Source: a bacterium (GTDB lineage Bacteria; Hinthialibacterota; Hinthialibacteria; Hinthialibacterales; Hinthialibacteraceae). Taken from it: a stretch of DNA of 24,418 bases. This document shows, piece by piece, positions 17,981 to 24,418 of this stretch (positions within the stretch are counted from its first letter, which is position 1; the number at the start of each line of letters is the position of its first letter). Both the position numbers and the translations under genes were made by a program. The notes beneath the pieces are model-generated. The model saw only the letters and a list, made by a program, of their open reading frames with translations, was not told where the DNA came from and did no database searches. The stretch lies in the NCBI GenBank assembly GCA_963663405.2, contig CAXXSM010000101.1, positions 1-24,418 of the forward strand, read 5' to 3'.

Positions 17981-19209
17981 TTATCCACTGATTTGCTGAA
18001 TTAATCCAAAATTGTCCGGACTCGACCATTCTTCCACAATTTTCCCATTTGAAACGCTGTAAATACAAATGCCGATAAATGAGACTTTCCTGCCGGTTGG
18101 TGGAAGCCCCATAAATGTGCCCTGGTGAGTTCCCCGAAACAATGCCCGCACAGCCATCTTTGATCCCTCCGCCAGCATATCATCAAAGTCCAATTGAATA
18201 TCAGGGAAAGCGGACAGGAGCGATTGGACAGTTTTCTTGTATGTTTCCAATCCTCTTAATTCTCCCATTGGAGAATGAAAAACGAAATCAGGAGAAAAGA
18301 TTTCATCCACGACATGCAGTTCTCTCTTATTCCAGACTCCATCAAATAGACGCCGCAGCAATGCTTTATTGATTTCAGGTGATCCGATTTCATTCACCGT
18401 TTTAGATGGTTGTGCCCATTGCATCGCATCCCAATCTGGGAGCGAATCACGCATCTCCTGAATCTTGCGAAGGGATGGATTCCTACAATCGGCCAATGGA
18501 AAAATTAATGTCACGCGAGCTCCTTTTGGGGAAAGAGACTGACGTGTCAGCATCCCCCCAAGGTATTGAATTCTCTCATTGATCCAAAACAATCCCAAAC
18601 CTGCGTTTTTTTTCGCAAACGATAGATCGATCGAATCGCCGAATCCAATTCCATCATCATCCACATCGATCCGGATATAATCTTGGGTACGTTGAAGGGA
18701 GAGTTTTACATGGCTGGCTTGCGCATGTTTCACAATATTGAACATAAGTTCACGCACCGCCCGAAACAATACAACACGCGCATCTTCTCCCAACGGTTTT
18801 TCTTCTCCATCGTTGATCAGTTCCACCGTCAAGGCATGTTGTTCTTGGAACTTCTGGATGTACCACTCCAACGCCGCTTCCAAACCGAATTCATAGAGAA
18901 TGGGAGGACTGATTTCAAACGTCAGATTTCGAGCTTCATCTACAGTCTCGATTATGATATCCTTGATTCCTTCCAACGCCTTGATTCGCTCTGGTGAAGA
19001 TTCATTTGAAGAATCGATGTCAGTCGCATCCGAAGCGCGGCTAAATTGTGACCGATCCGGTCATGGATATCGACCACGATCTTCCGGCGTTCTCTCTCTT
19101 CAATTAAGGAAAGTTCCGAAGCCATTCGTTGAATATGTTTATAAGCGTTTCCTTGACCGGACGGATGGTTTTCAACCGTGATTTCTTCAATCATGATCGC
19201 CTCTCTCAT
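17981..19209 (-). CDS. Soluble HisKA_3 (NarX/DegS-type) histidine kinase with C-terminal SnoaL-like domain; frameshifted near 19005 as sequenced
   Basis: The 5' ORF 18952-19209 has the H-box ERERRKIVVDIHDRIGHNL. The 3' ORF 17981-18976 has SPPILYEFGL, RELMFNIVKHA (N), DDDGIGF (G1), GLGL (G2), then a SnoaL domain. One extra base joins them into 409 aa. Confidence 0.88.
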
Positions 19210-19526
19210 TATAAAATAGCCTTATGATTCCTTCAAAATGATTCTACGAATTCATCTTTCTGAATCCATTCGGAATAAAAAAACATATGCAGAAATTACA
19301 TTCGAATGGACCGAATTTCGATTGATCTTACCATTTCTTTTTCAGAATGAAAGGATTGGTTGATTTAAGAAAATGGATTGAACGGTTACAAGTGGATTCA
19401 ATCATTCAATTCAAAGCTAAGTGGTTATTAGAAGCCCTTGAGTTTGTACAATTTAGATATTTTATTGGAATAAAGAGAGGCGTCTGCAGGCGTAGTAGTA
19501 AAGAATTGAGTGAAGAGAGTGGAAAA

Positions 19527-20240
19527 TCAAACCGGTTCGACGGAATAGATTACCCAGTGACCTTTTTCTAGTTTCAGGCGGTATAGATCTTTTTCGGTTT
19601 CGGATTTTTTATTGCCTGATTGGACGGTTTTCGAAGCGATGACTTCCGATTCACCGCCTGCGGAATCACTGGAGTTGATTTCATCGAACGTAATGCGAAG
19701 CCCCCCCTGGCTGAGTTGCTGTTGATAGAACAGCTGCCGCGCTTGGATGTAGACGCTCCGATCAGTGGAGAGAAACGAACGGCTGAAACAATCATACTCC
19801 GCCCCGAATTTCTGTTGATTCCAGCATTCAATATACCGCCGCACCACTTCTTCGGGTTTAAATCCAACAATATGAATCTGTTTGGGAGCGGCTAACCGTT
19901 CCGATGTCTCTTCCTCACCGTCTTCAGTCACTTGGTGTTTATTTTGGTGTTTATTGTTGTTGGATTTTTTCTTAATATCTTTTAAATACTCGTCGAGGGG
20001 TTTTTCGGAGATGTTTATTTTTTTAAGCGCTTTGACTCGTTCCGTCTCTTTTTGTAGTTTCTCCTGCAGACGAAACATCAGGGTACGTTCTTCTTCCCTT
20101 AATGAATGACCAGCGGCTTGGATCAATTTCATCAAGATCCGTTCCTGTTCTTCGGGGAGGATCTTGGTTTCTTTTTCGGCTGTGGCCACCCCTTCATCAA
20201 TAACATATCGAGGTAGTTCTTCAGGCAATGGTGTAGGCAT
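19527..20240 (-). CDS. Hypothetical protein: charged helical N-terminus plus NTF2-like C-terminal domain
   Basis: PEEVVRRYIECWNQQKFGAEYDCFS ... YRLKLEKGHWVIYSV follows the NTF2/DUF4878-like pattern; no signal peptide. Confidence 0.75.
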   Translation of the reverse strand: MPTPLPEELPRYVIDEGVATAEKETKILPEEQERILMKLIQAAGHSLREEERTLMFRLQEKLQKETERVKALKKINISEKPLDEYLKDIKKKSNNNKHQNKHQVTEDGEEETSERLAAPKQIHIVGFKPEEVVRRYIECWNQQKFGAEYDCFSRSFLSTDRSVYIQARQLFYQQQLSQGGLRITFDEINSSDSAGGESEVIASKTVQSGNKKSETEKDLYRLKLEKGHWVIYSVEPV

Positions 20241-20382
20241 CGATATCTCTCACTGAAATCTCATTATTCTCTATCACGAAACAACAAATTAGTATAATGA
20301 ATTAATTCGCAACCTGAAATCTATCAAAAATTCCAAAAAGAATCAAGCGATAAGAGCTCAATTTACATTTTTAGACAAAATC

Positions 20383-20421
20383 CATTCCATTTCATCCAAT
20401 CCATGACATGGAAATGGAATG
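20383..20421. repeat. 11-bp perfect inverted repeat in an AT-rich intergenic region
   Basis: CATTCCATTTC(20383-20393) / GAAATGGAATG(20411-20421). Confidence 0.45.
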
Positions 20422-20645
20422 ATTATAAAATAAATTCATATTTTCGTAGAAAATAGTGTTGTAAGAATACATATAAATACGGGTTTTCAAGACTCTTCTT
20501 AAACGGAAATCGGATTGGCGCTTTATTGTATAGAATTATATACCATTCGCGATTAATCAGAATCATTCACACCATTCTCTCAGGAATATTGTAAAGAAAA
20601 AAGGAAAAAATTCCAGTCATAGCTACGAAAAATTTAATTTTTCTT

Positions 20646-22462
20646 CTAGCGGCTTTCAAAATGCAGGACAAGGTTATTTTGTTCGAAAGCCAATGGTTGA
20701 CCCTTCTCGTCATGGATCTGAATCGTATCAAACGTGATGGAACCTTCTCCACGAGAACGAACCGAGAAAAAGAGAATCACAAGCGCGCCCCGTTGATCTT
20801 TGCAAGCGCCGGCCCGATCCGCTTTAATCCGTTGACCGGTTAGCGCGCCTTCCTGATTCGCTTTTGAGGGAATCGCAAAATCCGGCCAGACCGCTTCCTC
20901 TTTGGACCATACGCCGCCGGGCGCCATCCCTAGAAAGCGTAATTCTGTTGTGGGAAATTGAAATCCGAAATCCACATCGACAATGCGGCCTCCTTCTTCT
21001 ACGAGCAGATCGGCCTGAAGAATTTCACCCGGTTTCGTTCGGATGACCGTATCTTGCATCCAACTGTTCTTCTGGTTCCAGACCGCCTGAATTTGAGGGC
21101 TGGACGAGCGGATATAGACCGTGGCTGACGAAACCGTCCGGGCTACTTGGAGCTGATTTCGCAAAGACGAGTCACGGAAATGAAAAAGCGGGAGCTGAAT
21201 CACTGTGGTGGCGGATGTGGCGCCACTGGCTGCGCGGGCGGACAGTTTAATCAACTCCCCACTGCCGGACGCGCCTTCATAAAGGAAAAATGTCCCGCCC
21301 CCCTTGAGAGTCGCAATCCCTCGTTCCCTGGAAGCCAGCGCTTTGGTATCGCGCGCTTTTTCTTTCCACCATTTTCCAACTTCGATTCTCTCGGCGATAA
21401 TGAGAAGTTCCGGATCGTAATGCAATTCCGCTGAAAAACGGACATTCGCTCAGCAGATTGAATGTGCAGCGAAAGAGTTTTCGCGGGGCCTTCTGGATCC
21501 AAGGTGATTTCTTGAGGAAGCAATTCGACTTTCGTGTTCCAGCCGGGAGGGTACCATAATGGTTTCGATTTCGTAGAGATGATCTCCAGGTCTACAGCGA
21601 CAGGACTTTTCAATGGTTCAGTTGGAATCTCCGGGGCGCCGCCACACGCGTGAAGGCAACCGAATATATCAAGCACATACAATCCCTTTCCGAAGGGAGA
21701 CAGTTCGATGTCACAGGCGAGTCCACCGGCGTCCTTTCCCAAATTTCCACTTAAATCCGGCGCGGATGGGTAGGACCGCGCTTCAGTGGAATTGACCTCG
21801 TAGACGATCGATTTCTTTGTGAGAACAAAAAATGAATCGCTAGAGGATTCCACATCGATCGCGCGATCGTCTTTCAATCGCAATGTTTCGATTTGGGTAA
21901 AGGACTCCGGTCCACAGACCGCGATCCCGCCATCAATAAATAAAACGGTCAAGCGGCGCCGCATTGGATCGTATTCCACATCCGAGATGGGCCGGTCAAA
22001 GGGAGGGAACACCAATTTTGGAGGCCGTCCGGCCATTTTGAGCATATTCTCCAAGACGATCCATCCTCCCTTCCCTCCAGGAACCATTGCGAAACCAAAT
22101 GTTTCTTCTAAGAAAGGCCCCGATCGAAAGGAGAGTTTAGCGTTCCCGACGGGGATGATCTCTCCATTCGCGGCCAGCTGATATCCCCCCTCTGTCTCCG
22201 CTTCCAAATCTAAAATCCCCAGACCGAGATTGGAGGTTAAGAGTTCCCGGACCATAAACGGTTCGGCGGATTTTCCATCGGGTGAGACCTCAATACCAAG
22301 GATATTGCCCCATCTGTCTTGAATTAAAAAATCGATCGATTCCTCTCCCGTCATAGCGGCTATTGACGAAAGATGGAAGGAAAGGAGTAGACTCAAAAGA
22401 CCGGCGGCAATGAGACTCCACTTTGTCGCGGCCGTTCGATGGAAGAAGACTAAACTAAACAT
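20646..22462 (-). CDS. Exported protein with propeller-like repeats and two cohesin-like domains; frameshifted at 21434-21438 as sequenced
   Basis: Probable start ATG 22462, hydrophobic signal ending SSIAA. D[VIL]E.....Y[VF]L blades. Adding one base to the A5 run gives MSVFSAELHYDPELL (cohesin F...L.YDP..L). Second copy: VDFGFQFPTTELRF...GALVILFFSV..GEGSITFD. About 605 aa. Confidence 0.72.
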
Positions 22463-22496
22463 ACGCGTCAACCGACAATAGTAAATATATGGTTGC

Positions 22497-23135
22497 ATGA
22501 AAATCATGAAACGGCAAAACATCCTATCTATCTTAACCGTTTTTGGCGTAATTCTAATAACCGGCGCGGCGCGGGCCGATCGAATTACGTTGAAAACCGG
22601 TGATATATTTATCGGCAAAATCCTTGCGTTGAAAGATTATCGCTATTGGATCGAGCGATTCGGCGCAAAGACCCGTCATCCCTCCTGGTGGATTAAAAAA
22701 ATCGAATCAGGCGTTGACCAGTTGGAACTCTCACAAGGCCCCACGCCATTGCAGCTGGTTACTCCTTTTGTCTACGAGGGAAGAAGCATCAACGTTACGT
22801 CCGAATCCCCCGCCAAGGTCAGCCATCTTGAAATGTACCCGCGCTGGTCTCATTATTGGATCGAAAAACACCGCTATTTGCGCGGGTATCTCGTCAACCT
22901 GTCAACCGATGAGGCGTATCGCCGGTTAGAAATCCAGTTCACTTACTATAACGCGCAGCGCAAAGTTGTCCACTATCAATCTACAGAGATTTTCGACGTC
23001 TATCCAATGACCATGAAACCGTTTATCATCGATACAATATCTGTTTCATGGAACCTAGTGGAATCTATCCGGGTGGAAGTGACCGCATCCAATAAATTCA
23101 AGAAAGAGTTTATTTCCCCTATTTTTCCACATTGA
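22497..23135 (+). CDS. Exported hypothetical protein with FxLYD-like C-terminal domain
   Basis: Signal peptide ending ARA|D; DRITLKTGDIFIGKI N-domain; LRGYLVN......LEIQFTYYNAQRKVV......DVYP....PF. Confidence 0.75.
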   Translation: MKIMKRQNILSILTVFGVILITGAARADRITLKTGDIFIGKILALKDYRYWIERFGAKTRHPSWWIKKIESGVDQLELSQGPTPLQLVTPFVYEGRSINVTSESPAKVSHLEMYPRWSHYWIEKHRYLRGYLVNLSTDEAYRRLEIQFTYYNAQRKVVHYQSTEIFDVYPMTMKPFIIDTISVSWNLVESIRVEVTASNKFKKEFISPIFPH

Positions 23136-23214
23136 ATGGCTTCAAGATACAGGGAAGAATGATTTATTCTGTTCGGCTAAAAAAAAACTCATTCCAAAAT
23201 GAAAGGATATCCCA

Positions 23215-24418
23215 ATGACACAGAAGAATCGTACGCGATCGAAACATGATACCCGCTCTCTGTCCAGGCGGAATTTTTTACACGCCTCAGCCGCCGCGGC
23301 GGGGGTAGTGACATTTGGGGCGCCCGCGATCGTCCGGGGTCAGAATCTGAATGACCGGTTGAACATCGCTGGGATCGGTGTGGGGGGTCGTGGACGCAGT
23401 AATCTAAGTTCCGTCCGTTCCGAGAACATTGTCGCGTTATGCGATGTCAACGAGGGAAGTGTCAGCGCGGCGGCGGAGATGTTTCCTAAGGCCCGTAAGG
23501 TAGGAGATTTCCGTAAACTCTACGATTACGAAGATGAATTCGACGCGGTTGTAGTCAGCACCTGCGAGCACACCCACGCCTTCGCGACGCTGCCCGCGCT
23601 GCAACTCGGTAAGCATGTTTATTGCGAAAAACCTCTGACGCACAATGTGTGGGAAGCGCGTATTATCCGCGAAGCCGCCGGCAAAGCCAAAGTGGCCACC
23701 CGGATGGGCACACAGATCCACGCGGGAGACAACTACCGCCGGGTCGTCGAATTGATCCAATCCGGCGCGATCGGCCCCGTGAGGGAAGCGCATGTGTGGG
23801 TTTCCCGCGCCTGGGGCTGGCATGAGTCGGAGGAAGCATGTAAACAAGCCAACGATATCGTATTCGTTCAAGAACGTCCGAAAACAGCGGATCCGATTCC
23901 CCCCGGGCTCGATTGGGATCTGTGGCTTGGTCCGGCGCCCGAACGCCCGTTTAATAATGTTTATTTTCCCGGACCGAAATGGTACCGCTGGTGGGATTTC
24001 GGCAACGGCACGATGTCCGACTTGGGAAGCCATTGGATTGATCTGCCATTCTGGGCGCTGAAACTTGACCGGCCATTGACGATTGAAGCGGAAGGCCCGC
24101 CGGTGAACGCCGAAATCGCGCCCGCCTCGATGCAGGTCAAATATACTTATGGAGCGCGTGGTGATTTACCCCCTGTTGAAGTCTCCTGGTACCAGGGAAC
24201 GAATAAACCGGAGATCTGGAAAGAGAAGGCGATTCCACAATGGGGCAATGGCGTATTGTTCATCGGCGGCAAAGGCATGGTCCTATCCGACTACAGCAAG
24301 CACACCTTGCTGCCCGAAGAGAAATTTAAAGAGTTCAAACGGCCCGAACCATTCATCCCCCCATCGCTGGGTCATCATGCGGAATGGATTCACGCTTGCA
24401 AAACGGGCGCGCCCACAA
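23215..24418 (+). CDS. Tat-exported Gfo/Idh/MocA family oxidoreductase, truncated by the window end
   Basis: Not in the ORF track. ATG 23215 after GAAAGGA; SRRNFL twin-arginine motif; [63 protein letters not shown]; same frame at the last line. Confidence 0.95.
   Translation, partial: MTQKNRTRSKHDTRSLSRRNFLHASAAAAGVVTFGAPAIVRGQNLNDRLNIAGIGVGGRGRSNLSSVRSENIVALCDVNEGSVSAAAEMFPKARKVGDFRKLYDYEDEFDAVVVSTCEHTHAFATLPALQLGKHVYCEKPLTHNVWEARIIREAAGKAKVATRMGTQIHAGDNYRRVVELIQSGAIGPVREAHVWVSRAWGWHESEEACKQANDIVFVQERPKTADPIPPGLDWDLWLGPAPERPFNNVYFPGPKWYRWWDFGNGTMSDLGSHWIDLPFWALKLDRPLTIEAEGPPVNAEIAPASMQVKYTYGARGDLPPVEVSWYQGTNKPEIWKEKAIPQWGNGVLFIGGKGMVLSDYSKHTLLPEEKFKEFKRPEPFIPPSLGHHAEWIHACKTGAPT

Noticed and set aside
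19347-19571. 74-aa plus-strand ORF, and similar short ORFs at 10180-10377 and 20567-20752
   Set aside because: AT-rich intergenic or promoter DNA, no convincing RBS or motif, and overlap with real genes.
22463-22618. N-terminal 52 aa of ORF 21251-22618
   Set aside because: Overlaps the divergent gene at 22497; the signal-like segment starts after Met 22462.
23437-24033. 198-aa minus-strand ORF
   Set aside because: Antisense shadow of the Gfo/Idh/MocA gene.

Overview
Chromosomal, non-mobile region of a flagellated, probably diderm bacterium. Left to right it holds: the 5' end of a flagellar rod gene (FlgF/FlgG-like) with a sigma54 promoter, a hypothetical gene plus a divergent DapA-family aldolase, a long imperfect inverted repeat, and a secreted PPC-domain/beta-propeller protein. 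Next come a TetR-MFP-RND efflux operon with a clear operator and a giant multidomain M4 (thermolysin-like) peptidase. The right half holds a three-gene SnoaL/two-component module, an NTF2-like protein, a secreted cohesin-like protein, an FxLYD-like protein and the 5' part of a Tat-exported Gfo/Idh/MocA oxidoreductase. Best candidates for something new: (1) a soluble HisKA_3 kinase carrying a C-terminal SnoaL-like domain, next to a NarL-type regulator and an exported tandem-SnoaL protein, with matching phased operator boxes and identically spaced -10 elements upstream of the latter two genes; (2) a shared C-terminal [TS]SVxxWxLY tail on two unrelated exported proteins, which looks like a sorting signal. 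Three reading-frame breaks can each be repaired by adding one base to a short homopolymer, and the peptidase also has an in-frame TGA. These are probably sequencing errors. No rRNA, tRNA, CRISPR or transposase was seen. All family calls are by eye from motifs.
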